From Promethearchaeota archaeon (lineage in GTDB: Archaea > Asgardarchaeota > Lokiarchaeia > Sigyniarchaeales > SOKP01): a stretch of 64,000 nucleotides of DNA. Below, in pieces: positions 49,689 to 59,673 of the stretch. Location: NCBI GenBank assembly GCA_048940925.1, contig JBHLOC010000016.1, positions 16,989 through 80,988 of the forward strand, given 5' to 3'. Below the pieces are notes generated by a model. It made no database searches, was not told the DNA's origin, and saw only the letters and a list, made by a program, of their open reading frames with translations. A program made the position numbers and the translations under genes. Positions within the stretch are counted from its first letter, which is position 1; every line of letters starts with the position of its first letter.

Positions 49689-51104
49689 CTAATTAGTTTT
49701 AATATTAAATATAATTTTTTTCAATTGTCTGCGTGGTGGTGCATCAACTGATTTTGAAGAATACCCCACAGTAAAAAATGCCATTGGAATATAAGATTCA
49801 GGGAGTTTTAGGGTTTTTTTGATTAGATCTTTAGCGAAAAGGGGTGCACAATACCAACATGCTGCTAAATTCTTCATCTCAAGCGCAATAAGAAAATAAA
49901 TTCCTGAACAACTTACGCTTTGGACACCCAATATAAATTCATTTTGTGTTCGTTCATTATCAGGATATTTTTCTAAGTCTTTTGTGTCTAAACACAGAAG
50001 GACAAGAATAGGTGCCTGCAAAAAATTCGTTTTAGTCTTGTTTACTTTAAATTCTATAAAGTCATTAGATTTTCCATTATTCTGTAAATCATTTTTTAAT
50101 TTTTCGTTCATATTGTCTATTAATTGTTCGCGCATGATGCCTTTTTCCATTATACAATACCTCCAAAATTGCCCATTATGTGCACTTGGTGCCCATCTTG
50201 CAAGTTCAATGCACTCTTCGATTAAATTCTTATCTACTTTTTTATTTTCAAACGATAATTTATAACTTCTTCGATTTCTCAGAATTTTTTCTAATTTTAT
50301 ACTTTCATTATCAACAAATAAATCAAGTTCTTTCTTTCTTATGATTGGTTTAATAGTAGCGTTTTCATTTAATTCAAACTTATAACCCTTTATTAACACT
50401 ACTGGAATTCCCTCATCAGCTTCTCCCATAACCAATTGCGCTGCTGAAGCAAGGCTATCAACTTGACCCATAATTGTGCTTTGTAGTTCATAACCAAATA
50501 AATCTTTCTCACCTCTTTTATCCAATATAGGATCTATCCCTGAAACTCCTACTGCAATCCCTACAGCACCTACCCTAAAAGCTCTTCCGAAAGAATCAGA
50601 AATGATAATTGCAATATCTATATTGAATTTACTTTTTAAATCTTTTCTTATCTTTTCAGCATCGTGATCAGGATTTTTTGGTAATAATGATATATTTCCC
50701 TCACCTTCAACATTGGACTTATCTATTCCTGCATCAGCACAAATAAACCCATGATTAGTTTCAGTAATTAGTACATGCTCAGCTCTTATTATATTTTTGG
50801 ATTCCTCTATAATTGCTTGGATTAATCTTGGATCTTTTATTGGAATTCCTTGTTTCTTTGCTTTTGGAGTTACTTTTTCATAAATCTCCAAAGCTTTCCC
50901 ACTTGGTTTGAAATCACTAAGATTTCTAACTCTTCCGTTGCTTTTTGATATCAAAGATTGAGCAATTACAATAATATCACCATTTTCTAAAGTTAATTTT
51001 TGTTTTTCTAAAGCATTGATAATAACTTGAGAGATATTATCTCCTTTTTTAACTATTGGAATACTTTTTAGCCCTATTAATTGAATTTCATTTTCTAAAT
51101 TCAT
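49689..51104 (-). CDS. cofE: F420-0:gamma-glutamyl ligase CofE fused to C-terminal nitroreductase domain (FbiB-like)
   Basis: ICADAGIDKSN, LLPKNPD, ISDSFGRAFRVG, DLFGYEL and LVMGEADEGIP, then RRSYK, ARWAPSAHNGQFWR and ACWYCAPLF. Confidence 0.93.
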   Translation of the reverse strand: MNLENEIQLIGLKSIPIVKKGDNISQVIINALEKQKLTLENGDIIVIAQSLISKSNGRVRNLSDFKPSGKALEIYEKVTPKAKKQGIPIKDPRLIQAIIEESKNIIRAEHVLITETNHGFICADAGIDKSNVEGEGNISLLPKNPDHDAEKIRKDLKSKFNIDIAIIISDSFGRAFRVGAVGIAVGVSGIDPILDKRGEKDLFGYELQSTIMGQVDSLASAAQLVMGEADEGIPVVLIKGYKFELNENATIKPIIRKKELDLFVDNESIKLEKILRNRRSYKLSFENKKVDKNLIEECIELARWAPSAHNGQFWRYCIMEKGIMREQLIDNMNEKLKNDLQNNGKSNDFIEFKVNKTKTNFLQAPILVLLCLDTKDLEKYPDNERTQNEFILGVQSVSCSGIYFLIALEMKNLAACWYCAPLFAKDLIKKTLKLPESYIPMAFFTVGYSSKSVDAPPRRQLKKIIFNIKTN

Positions 51105-51116
51105 AATATATCAAAT

Positions 51117-52172
51117 TTAGATATTTAAATATCTTTTAATATCCATATCTTTACTTTTAGCTAATATTTCATATTTTTCTGGAATTGCACAACATGCAGA
51201 AAAAAATTTAAATTGAATTTTAGAGTTATGATTCTTTAACCATATTAACGTATCTTTTGATGGAATTTCAATTCTAGTAATCCCTGCGCTTAAGGCATAT
51301 TTTTCAATTTCTTTCTTTAATTTGACTTTAGGTCTCATACAACCTAATGATATTTCAGTATTAGGAAAAACAAATCTTATCAGAGCTATTACTTTTGCGA
51401 TATCTATAGGTTGGGGAATCTCAAATTTTATTTTAGAATCTTTTGGAGGAATTAATACAATTACAACAATTAAAGATGGATCTATTTTAGTCTCTTGAAT
51501 AAATTTTATACAATCTAACTCTTTATGGAGGCGTCCATAATATAAACCAATGCAAATATGAGGAACTATATTTAAATTATATTTTTTTAATAAGGCAATT
51601 GCCCTGCTATATTCTTTTAATTCAATATTTAAATGGTAAATATTTCTTATTATTTCCTCATCCATAGTAATATCAAAAGATACAATATCTACTTGAGCCT
51701 CCGAAAGTTTCTTAGCAGTCTCTTCATTTAGTAAGCCTGTATGAGCATTAATTATTAGATTTGTTTGAGCTTTTATTTTTTTAATGGTTTCTAAAAAACT
51801 TAATAAAGGTACTGATCCATCCACCTCACTTCCACCAGAAATCAATGCTCCAACTCCATTTTCTTCTGAAAGATCTATTAGGAAATCCTCTAAATCGCTA
51901 TTCTCAGTAATTTGTTTCATATTGTTTAAATATTTCCTATCACAATGTTCACATCTTAAAGCACATTTGTTCCCTGTTATACTAACCGCAGGAAATCTCT
52001 TATTAGGAATATATATTTTTAAAATATTACCAAAATTTTTTTTAGTGATATTTTGAGCTAATTTTAAGAACGGCTTTAATTCATCAGCCTTCAAATTTAA
52101 GAAAGCTGAATAATCTGACCAAGAAGCAGACCCAGATTCGATTTTTTCAACCAATTCTTGAGTATTACTCAT
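51117..52172 (-). CDS. Radical SAM protein, archaeal lipoyl synthase subunit LipS1-like
   Basis: CALRCEHC (CxxxCxxC) plus the LipS1-type motifs GCMR and C-terminal CC. Adjacent to a lipoate ligase. Confidence 0.82.
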   Translation of the reverse strand: MSNTQELVEKIESGSASWSDYSAFLNLKADELKPFLKLAQNITKKNFGNILKIYIPNKRFPAVSITGNKCALRCEHCDRKYLNNMKQITENSDLEDFLIDLSEENGVGALISGGSEVDGSVPLLSFLETIKKIKAQTNLIINAHTGLLNEETAKKLSEAQVDIVSFDITMDEEIIRNIYHLNIELKEYSRAIALLKKYNLNIVPHICIGLYYGRLHKELDCIKFIQETKIDPSLIVVIVLIPPKDSKIKFEIPQPIDIAKVIALIRFVFPNTEISLGCMRPKVKLKKEIEKYALSAGITRIEIPSKDTLIWLKNHNSKIQFKFFSACCAIPEKYEILAKSKDMDIKRYLNI

Positions 52173-52944
52173 ATTTCTTTAACCATTTCAAATTTGAGTA
52201 TTTTTCTTTTACCAACTGTTCAGCTAAAATTAATTCTTCCTTAGTGAAAGCTCCATTTACTAGTTTAAATCCTAATATTTTTTCAAATCCTCTCTTAAGT
52301 GAATTAATTAATTTATTTTCGTTATAATTTTGAATATATTCCTTAATTCCAATACATTTAGCACGGACAGATTTCACCATTTTAGTTTTACTAACATTTT
52401 CAGGTGCTTTTAAAACTGAATACATCAAATTAGGATCAAGATCTAATAAAATTGTACCATGTTGGAGAATATAACCTTTCTTCCTCACCTGTGCATTTCC
52501 AGAAAATTTTTTCCCCTCTATTGTAATTGCAGGACAATGAATTACATCTTTTTCAGGTTCCAATCCAAAAATCATAAGTCCCGCAATAATTCCTTGTGTA
52601 ATAATTTCAAATTGGTCTAGCACTTTTTTACAACCAAGATGTTCTAAAAATTTTGTTGGACAAATAATTGAATAAGTCAGCTCCCGATCTTCGTCATGAA
52701 ATACAGCACCCCCTCCTGTAATACGCCTAACAACATTAAACCCCTTTTGGTTAGCGAAATTCATATCTATTTCTGCCGATAAACTTTGATTTCTTCCTAT
52801 ACTCGCTGTTGAGGGACTCCACTTGTAAAATCTCAGAGTATTTGGTGATTTTTTTAGGATCACCATTCTTAATATGGCTTCGTCTAAAGCCATGTTCCAA
52901 AATCCATTTCTAACTGTTAATGGTATAAACCGAAATGAATTCAT
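52165..52944 (-). CDS. Lipoate--protein ligase / octanoyltransferase family protein
   Basis: NMALDEA, SIGRNQ, VRRITGGGAVFHD, KKFSGNAQ and LQHGTIL. Confidence 0.93.
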   Translation of the reverse strand: MNSFRFIPLTVRNGFWNMALDEAILRMVILKKSPNTLRFYKWSPSTASIGRNQSLSAEIDMNFANQKGFNVVRRITGGGAVFHDEDRELTYSIICPTKFLEHLGCKKVLDQFEIITQGIIAGLMIFGLEPEKDVIHCPAITIEGKKFSGNAQVRKKGYILQHGTILLDLDPNLMYSVLKAPENVSKTKMVKSVRAKCIGIKEYIQNYNENKLINSLKRGFEKILGFKLVNGAFTKEELILAEQLVKEKYSNLKWLKKYE

Positions 52945-52960
52945 TTTGCTTAATAAATTA

Positions 52961-53962
52961 CTAGTTTGTAAATTTAACTAATATATTATAGATTTCTTCT
53001 TTCTCAATTTCATTTAATTTTCGTGGATAGTTATAAATAGGACCTGATGGCTTTGAAGTATAATAAGGGCGATTACATCCGGGACATCCAGATGTTAAGA
53101 AAGCATCACTATTATTTAAGATGTTTTTTAAGTCTCCTTTACTGATATTGATATTTACAATATTACCCTTCATGTTAAATGTAAAATCTTCCAGATGTTT
53201 TTCCATATTCAAGATTACATATCTACCTAACTGCAGTTTTCTAAAACTTAATAGGTTAGGTTGATTCATATTTTCATATCTAGTACCTTTTATTGGAGTA
53301 AAAGCAAATAGAGCCACTGTTATCTTTAAATTGTTTAGTTTTTCAATGAGTTTCATTACATCTTCTTCAATTTCTCCCAAACCTATGATCACATGGGTAC
53401 TTACAGCCTCTTCTCCAAAAACTTCTAATGCTTCATTCAATTTTTGAAAATGATTATCCCAGGTATAAGGTCCCTCCACTTTAAATCCTTTAATTTCATC
53501 AAAAATCTCTGGTGTTGCGCCATCTAAAGCAATACCCACTCTTTGAACTCCTTTATTTTTTAATTCACGCAATTTATCTATTGACATAGGAGGGATTGCA
53601 ATAGATATTGGAGTATTTGAATTAATTTTGATTTGAGCAACAATTTTTGTTAAATCATTAAAATTATCAGAATAATTCAACGTTTGAATGCAAATTCTTT
53701 TGAATTTTCTTGAAGGGGGTAAATATTTTAATTTTGTTAAAAATTCCTTGAACGAAAAAACAGGCCAGGTAATCCGAGAAAGTTTTTCCTTCGAGCTTTT
53801 TGAACTTCTTGCTTGTGGGCAAAAACCGCAATTTGCTGAACAATTCCCCTCTTTAAAAGTCATAATATAGCAAGTTGTTGGATCATCTTTGAATTTTCTT
53901 TTTGAAATTAATCCTAAAACAGAAGCACTTCCTACAGATACCCTTATTTTTTCTATATCCAT
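52961..53962 (-). CDS. Radical SAM protein, archaeal lipoyl synthase subunit LipS2-like
   Basis: CSANCGFCPQAR and the LipS2-type motif TSGCPGCNRP. Confidence 0.84.
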   Translation of the reverse strand: MDIEKIRVSVGSASVLGLISKRKFKDDPTTCYIMTFKEGNCSANCGFCPQARSSKSSKEKLSRITWPVFSFKEFLTKLKYLPPSRKFKRICIQTLNYSDNFNDLTKIVAQIKINSNTPISIAIPPMSIDKLRELKNKGVQRVGIALDGATPEIFDEIKGFKVEGPYTWDNHFQKLNEALEVFGEEAVSTHVIIGLGEIEEDVMKLIEKLNNLKITVALFAFTPIKGTRYENMNQPNLLSFRKLQLGRYVILNMEKHLEDFTFNMKGNIVNINISKGDLKNILNNSDAFLTSGCPGCNRPYYTSKPSGPIYNYPRKLNEIEKEEIYNILVKFTN

Positions 53963-54161
53963 TGATCTCTCTAGTAAATCTGTAATATTAAGTTTTTTTC
54001 CTTCAAATTATATTTTTATCTTGATCTAATAAAAATTGTTCTCTAAAGTGATATCAGAACTTATAGAATATATTAGTCTACATAAAAATTTTATTGATGC
54101 AATAATTTAAATACTAAAGATATGAACTATCCCCGAATTTTAAAAAAATTGGTAGAGTCTT

Positions 54162-56951
54162 ATGGTTGCATATAATGCGCAAAAAATAGAAAAGAAATGG
54201 CAAGAAAGGTGGGAAAAAGATAAAATTTTTGAAGTAAAATTGGATCCTAAGAAGGAAAAATATTATGTATTAGAGATGTATCCATATCCTTCAGGTAAAC
54301 TTCATATGGGACATCTTAGGAATTATACTATCGGGGATTGTTATGCAAGATATAAAAGAATGAACGATTTTAATGTTCTTTATCCTATGGGCTATGATTC
54401 ATTTGGTATGCCAGCAGAAAATGCTGCAATTAACCATGGCGCCAATCCTGAAGAATGGACTAATAAAAATATAGATACAATGAAGAACCAACAGAAAAGG
54501 ATCGGACTCTCTTATGACTGGTCCAGAGAAATTTGTAGTCATAATCCTCACTTCTATAAATGGGATCAATGGTTCTTTCTCAAAATGCTTGAGAAAGGTT
54601 TAGCATACAAGCAAGAAAGTTATGTGAATTGGTGCCCCAAATGTATGACCGTGTTAGCTAACGAACAGGCACAAGGAGGAAGATGTTGGCGTTGTACCAG
54701 TACTGTGGATCAAAAATTTCTTCCACAATGGTTCTTAAAGATTAGAGATTACGCTGAAGAGTTATTAGAAGGATTAAATATTGTAGAATGGCCAGAAAGA
54801 GTTAAAATAATGCAAACAAACTGGATAGGACGCTCAGAAGGTTCGATTATCAAATTCCCAATTGTAGGTGAAAAGCGTACTATAGATATATTTACTACAA
54901 GACCTGATACTTTATATGGAGTTACATTCATGGTATTTGCACCTGAACATCCCTGGGTTTATGAGTGGGTTAAAGATACAGAATATGAAGCGGATTTTAA
55001 GAAACTTTATGATGAAGTTATGCATCAAGACAAATTTGAAAGAACTGATATCGAGATCGAGAAAAAAGGATTGTTTATTGGAAAGTATGCTATCAACCCG
55101 ATCACTAATAAAGAAGTCCCAATATATATTGGAAATTTTGTAATTTACGAATATGGAGCGGGTGCAGTTATGGCTGTACCTGCTCATGACCAACGAGATT
55201 TCGAGTTTGCCCGAGAATATGGGATTCCTATTAGAATTGTAATTCAACCTCATGATTATGATTTAAATGTAGATAAAATGACTCGGGCTTATGAGAGTGA
55301 TGGGGTTCTAGTTAATTCAGAAGAGTTTAATGGTATGGAGAATAGAAGTGCTATAGATGCGATCACCCAGAAATTAGTTGAAATGGGAATGGGTAATGCA
55401 ACTATCAATTATAAATTAAGAGATTGGGGAATTTCACGTCAGAGATATTGGGGCTGTCCTATACCGGTAATTTATTGCGATGAATGTGGTATTGTACCAG
55501 TACCCTATGATGATTTGCCAGTTTATTTACCAAAAGATGTTAAATTCACTGGCGCTGGTAACCCCTTAGAAACGAGCAATAGTTTTATAAATACTAAATG
55601 TCCTAATTGTGGTAAAGATGCTAAACGTGAAACTGACACAATGGACACTTTTATTGATAGTTCTTGGTATTTCTTCGCCTTCTGCGATCCACCATCCATA
55701 GAAGCAAAGGTTCCATATAATAAAGAAATCGTAAACTATTGGGGTAATGTTGATCAGTATATTGGAGGTATAGAGCATGCTATTATGCACTTAATTTATG
55801 CTAGATTTTTTACAAAAGTAACAAGAGATTTAGGGCTTCATAAATTTGACGAACCCTTCCAATCTCTTTTAACCCAAGGAATGATAAATAAAGCCCATCC
55901 TTATTGTCCCAACTGTAATGTATTTCTTATGAAAGCCGATTTGACCCAAATGAAGTGTAAAATATGTGGTAGCGTAGATCTTATTCAAAAGTCTGTAAAA
56001 ATGAGCAAAAGTTATGGAAACACTGTAGATCCTGGAGAAATTATTGAAAAGTACGGAGCAGACGCAGCAAGGTTTTTTATATTATTCGGAGCAAGTCCCA
56101 CATCAGGATTAGAATGGGCAGATGAAGGTGTTGATTACGCATATAGATTTATAAAAAGCACCTTCAATTTAGTTTCTGAACCTCCAGAACATATAAGAGA
56201 TGATCTAAATATAAGAGATACATTAATCCAATACTATTTAAATAAGACCATTAAAGATTTTACTATATACATGAGGAAGATCGCTATAAGAAATGCTGTT
56301 AATAACCTTATACAATTTACATCAGAACTTAGTAAATATAAGAATGAAGGAGTTAATGAAGCAATTTATAATGAATGTGTAGAGAATTTAGTATTGTTGC
56401 TTCATCCAATAGCTCCTCACATGACTGAAGAAATCTGGGAAAGTCTTGGCAAGAAGGGATATGCAAGTCTAGCAACTTGGCCATCTTACAATGAAGAATT
56501 GCTAAGTGAAGAATCAGAGTATAAATGGAAATTAATGAATAGTATCATAGAAGATATTAATAACATAAAAACTCTAATGAAAAAAGAAAATTTGGAATCT
56601 ATTTCATTGATTATTGCTGATCCATGGAAAATGAAAATTTATGACTCTCTAATGCTGATCTTAGAAAAAACTAAAAATAAAGGGGAAATAATGAAAGATT
56701 TGATGCAAAATAAAAATTTTCAAAAGTATAGTAAACAAATTAATAAATTAGTCGATAGAATATTAAAGAATGTTGGGAAATATCCAAAATCTTTACTATC
56801 TTCAAATGAAGAATATCAATTTTTTAATGAAATTAGGATTATTATTGAACAGAAATATAAATGTGATGTTAAAATTATCTTTGAAATAGAATCTACCGAA
56901 CAAAAAGCCTCTCAAGCTCTACCAGGTAAACCCGCTATTGTTGTATCATAA
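54162..56951 (+). CDS. leuS: Leucine--tRNA ligase (bacterial-like core, archaeal-like C-terminus)
   Basis: LEMYPYPSGKLHMGH, NWIGRSEG, FTTRPDT, MAVPAHDQRD, RDWGISRQRYWGCPIP, GGIEHAIMHL and KMSKS. Ends ALPGKPAIVVS. Confidence 0.96.
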   Translation: MVAYNAQKIEKKWQERWEKDKIFEVKLDPKKEKYYVLEMYPYPSGKLHMGHLRNYTIGDCYARYKRMNDFNVLYPMGYDSFGMPAENAAINHGANPEEWTNKNIDTMKNQQKRIGLSYDWSREICSHNPHFYKWDQWFFLKMLEKGLAYKQESYVNWCPKCMTVLANEQAQGGRCWRCTSTVDQKFLPQWFLKIRDYAEELLEGLNIVEWPERVKIMQTNWIGRSEGSIIKFPIVGEKRTIDIFTTRPDTLYGVTFMVFAPEHPWVYEWVKDTEYEADFKKLYDEVMHQDKFERTDIEIEKKGLFIGKYAINPITNKEVPIYIGNFVIYEYGAGAVMAVPAHDQRDFEFAREYGIPIRIVIQPHDYDLNVDKMTRAYESDGVLVNSEEFNGMENRSAIDAITQKLVEMGMGNATINYKLRDWGISRQRYWGCPIPVIYCDECGIVPVPYDDLPVYLPKDVKFTGAGNPLETSNSFINTKCPNCGKDAKRETDTMDTFIDSSWYFFAFCDPPSIEAKVPYNKEIVNYWGNVDQYIGGIEHAIMHLIYARFFTKVTRDLGLHKFDEPFQSLLTQGMINKAHPYCPNCNVFLMKADLTQMKCKICGSVDLIQKSVKMSKSYGNTVDPGEIIEKYGADAARFFILFGASPTSGLEWADEGVDYAYRFIKSTFNLVSEPPEHIRDDLNIRDTLIQYYLNKTIKDFTIYMRKIAIRNAVNNLIQFTSELSKYKNEGVNEAIYNECVENLVLLLHPIAPHMTEEIWESLGKKGYASLATWPSYNEELLSEESEYKWKLMNSIIEDINNIKTLMKKENLESISLIIADPWKMKIYDSLMLILEKTKNKGEIMKDLMQNKNFQKYSKQINKLVDRILKNVGKYPKSLLSSNEEYQFFNEIRIIIEQKYKCDVKIIFEIESTEQKASQALPGKPAIVVS

Positions 56952-57113
56952 TATAGTTATAAGTGTACTTTAATTATCTTTTTAATTAAATAACTTTTAA
57001 TAGAAATTTATTAATTTACAATTAAATAAAATATTTTTATACTGAAAATATTAAAATTAATAAAAAAATGGCTTTAATTAAAATCTTAGAAAAAATCAAG
57101 TAATCTATTAAAA

Positions 57114-57983
57114 ATGACGATATATGAACTCAGTATCATCTCAACCACAGGTTTTCCATACTACTCCAAAATTATAAAACCGATACCTGAAGGTGTGAAA
57201 ATTTTTCTAAGATTTTTTGATTTTTCTAAAGATAAGTCAACAGTTCATGAAAAATTGGAACCAAATTCAAAATTTGATCTCACAGCAGGTTTAATTTCCG
57301 CTTTATATGAATTTGCCCGTAATATAGATAAAAGAATCCATGTTTTAGAATTTAAACCCACAAAGACTATTAAATCTTCGAAAAATGTTGAAGAGAAAGC
57401 AAAGTATCAAGGAGATGTATTGATTACAACCCAAACCGAATCTTTTTTACTCCATAAATCAGTTCAAGAAAAAGTAAAACTAATATATAATAATTTTATA
57501 AATTCTAAAATACCTCTGGATTCTTCAGAAGAAATTATGAAAAGCGAACAAAATAAAATAGTTGAAATTTTAACAGATTCAAAAGCTAGAAATATAATAA
57601 AAGAGCGCCAAAATGAATTAAAACGCTCTGCAAATGACTTTCTGAGTGAGATGAAAGATTATGGTTTATGGGGAATCTGCATAACTTCGTTTGATCTTTC
57701 ACCCATAATTGCGTTTGGAAAAAAATATTCATTGAAACATATAAATGAGATTTTAAGGCGTATTGGATATATTCCCGAAATAACTCCTTTAGATTGGATT
57801 TATAGGACATCATTTTTTTCTGAAGAACAAATTCAGGTATGTATTATAAAATCAGGAGTCGGGCCTACTGTTGAGGAAGTTCTGTTTGAACCATTTTTTT
57901 ACTTACTTTTTGCCGATCCACAAAGTTTCTTTGCAGAATTCCCTGGAAAACTAACAACTTCATTTAATAAAATTCTTGATTGA
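57114..57983 (+). CDS. Hypothetical protein, probable longin-like N-terminal domain plus second alpha/beta domain
   Basis: IYELSIISTTGFPYY (beta hairpin) and DLTAGLISALYEFARNI (longin-like helix 1). Confidence 0.55.
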   Translation: MTIYELSIISTTGFPYYSKIIKPIPEGVKIFLRFFDFSKDKSTVHEKLEPNSKFDLTAGLISALYEFARNIDKRIHVLEFKPTKTIKSSKNVEEKAKYQGDVLITTQTESFLLHKSVQEKVKLIYNNFINSKIPLDSSEEIMKSEQNKIVEILTDSKARNIIKERQNELKRSANDFLSEMKDYGLWGICITSFDLSPIIAFGKKYSLKHINEILRRIGYIPEITPLDWIYRTSFFSEEQIQVCIIKSGVGPTVEEVLFEPFFYLLFADPQSFFAEFPGKLTTSFNKILD

Positions 57984-58029
57984 AATAAAGGCAAATAAAT
58001 CCTTAAATCCTAAGTACTACTCAAACTAA

Positions 58030-58797
58030 TTAATCCATTTTAGATGCAGCCTTTATTATTTGATAGAAAGAATCTGTTTCAAGTGATGCTCCTCCAACAA
58101 GACCCCCATCGATATTTTCTTTTCTAAATAATTCTATTGCATTCGTAGGTTTAATAGATCCCCCATATTGAATTCTTATTAAATTTGCTGTCTCTTTATC
58201 GTATTTTTGGGATAATAATTTTCGAATATAAATGTGAACTTCTTCTGCTTGTTCTGGAGTTGCTGTTTTACCTGTACCTATCGCCCAAATAGGTTCATAT
58301 GCTATAATAACTTTTAATATTTGTTCTCTCGTTAAATCTTTAAATGTTTCATTCATTTGATATTTAATGATTTGGTGTGTTTTACCACCTTCTCTTTCTT
58401 CTAAATGTTCTCCTATACAAACAATAGGAACTAAGTCATTAGACAATGCCTTTTTTAATTTTTTATTAATTAAGGCATCTGATTCATTAAAAATATTTCG
58501 TCTTTCACTATGGCCAAGAATTACATATTCGACACCTACTTTTTTTAAGAACGTTGGTGAAATTTCACCTGTAAAAGCACCTTTCTCTTCAAAATGCATG
58601 TTTTGGGCACCTAATCTGATATTTGTATCTTTTAATATCTCATATGCACTAGTTAAAACAGTGAAAGGTGGAGCAATAACAATATCAACTGTATAAATTT
58701 CCTCTACTAAAGGTATTAATTTTTTTAACATGTTTATACAATCTTCGGGAATTCCCAAATTCATTTTCCAATTCCCACCAATTATTGGTTTCCTCAA
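58030..58797 (-). CDS. tpiA: Triosephosphate isomerase, bacterial/eukaryote-type
   Basis: GNWKMN, GAFTGEIS, GHSERR, AYEPIWAIGTG, YGGS and LVGGASL; 255 aa. Confidence 0.97.
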   Translation of the reverse strand: MRKPIIGGNWKMNLGIPEDCINMLKKLIPLVEEIYTVDIVIAPPFTVLTSAYEILKDTNIRLGAQNMHFEEKGAFTGEISPTFLKKVGVEYVILGHSERRNIFNESDALINKKLKKALSNDLVPIVCIGEHLEEREGGKTHQIIKYQMNETFKDLTREQILKVIIAYEPIWAIGTGKTATPEQAEEVHIYIRKLLSQKYDKETANLIRIQYGGSIKPTNAIELFRKENIDGGLVGGASLETDSFYQIIKAASKMD

Positions 58798-58928
58798 TTT
58801 TTCTTACCTCTTTATATAAGTTAATCTTAATATAATTTAATTTCGCAATAATAGTTGTAAGTTTTAAATTCTATAAAATTCTACCTAAAATTTCTGGAAA
58901 TAACAAATCATTAAGAGAAAATAAAAAG

Positions 58929-59432
58929 TTATTCTTGTTTTGGGAGTTTTTCAGATAATTTTGTTGCTTTTAAAATCTTCTTTACCTCATCTACATCAGG
59001 CGTTATTATTTCTGGTAAACCCAGCTGTGAACGTCTCCTTTCTATTGCAGGTTGCATTGGTATTGCTTTACCATGCTCTAAAATAGTAGCAGCTTGGCCA
59101 CTATAATGTGTTGGGGCTTCACCCCTTTCCACGCTCATATTCTTTAAGATAATAAAGATTTCTGTTAACTCAACTTTTTGGGGACATACTTCATCACATG
59201 TATCACACATTGTACAACCCCAAATATTGAATGCATTTTCAGCCCCAAATATTTTTTCTTTCAGCCCTAATAGAGCATCTAATATTAATCTCCTAGGATT
59301 ATATTTACCTTCTGTAACTTGTGCTACTGGACAAGCACCGCTACAAGTAGCACATTGATAACAATATGCTAATGTAGTGCCGATATCATTACCAAGAATT
59401 TGGTTCCTAAAATCAAAATCTATAGTTGCCAT
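58929..59432 (-). CDS. hdrC: Heterodisulfide reductase subunit C-like 2x[4Fe-4S] protein
   Basis: CYQCATCSGACP, YNPRR, WGCTMCDTCDEVCPQ and RRRSQLGLP. Confidence 0.88.
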   Translation of the reverse strand: MATIDFDFRNQILGNDIGTTLAYCYQCATCSGACPVAQVTEGKYNPRRLILDALLGLKEKIFGAENAFNIWGCTMCDTCDEVCPQKVELTEIFIILKNMSVERGEAPTHYSGQAATILEHGKAIPMQPAIERRRSQLGLPEIITPDVDEVKKILKATKLSEKLPKQE

Positions 59433-59673
59433 TTATATCGATCAGTATATCTTGATATTATGTAATATAACTTTTAGTTGATTTTAAAATTAATTCTTTT
59501 AAGAAATGGTTTTTAAACATGAAATAAATCTATTTTATTTTCATTGTCTAAAAATTATTATTAAAATCCTCATTTTATGTGGTAATTGAAATTAATATAA
59601 GTAATTAAATATTTATTCTCCCAATTATTTAACAATATATTCTGAATGGCAAATATTTTATAATTGAGATATA

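Noticed and set aside
348-58696. Numerous short ORFs (60-170 aa) antisense to or overlapping long genes, e.g. 348..560, 594..866, 20542..21042, 23487..23876, 46093..46491, 47980..48432, 58367..58696
   Set aside because: They are shadow frames of well-supported genes, with S/F/L/I-rich composition mirroring the sense-strand codon bias and no recognisable motifs.
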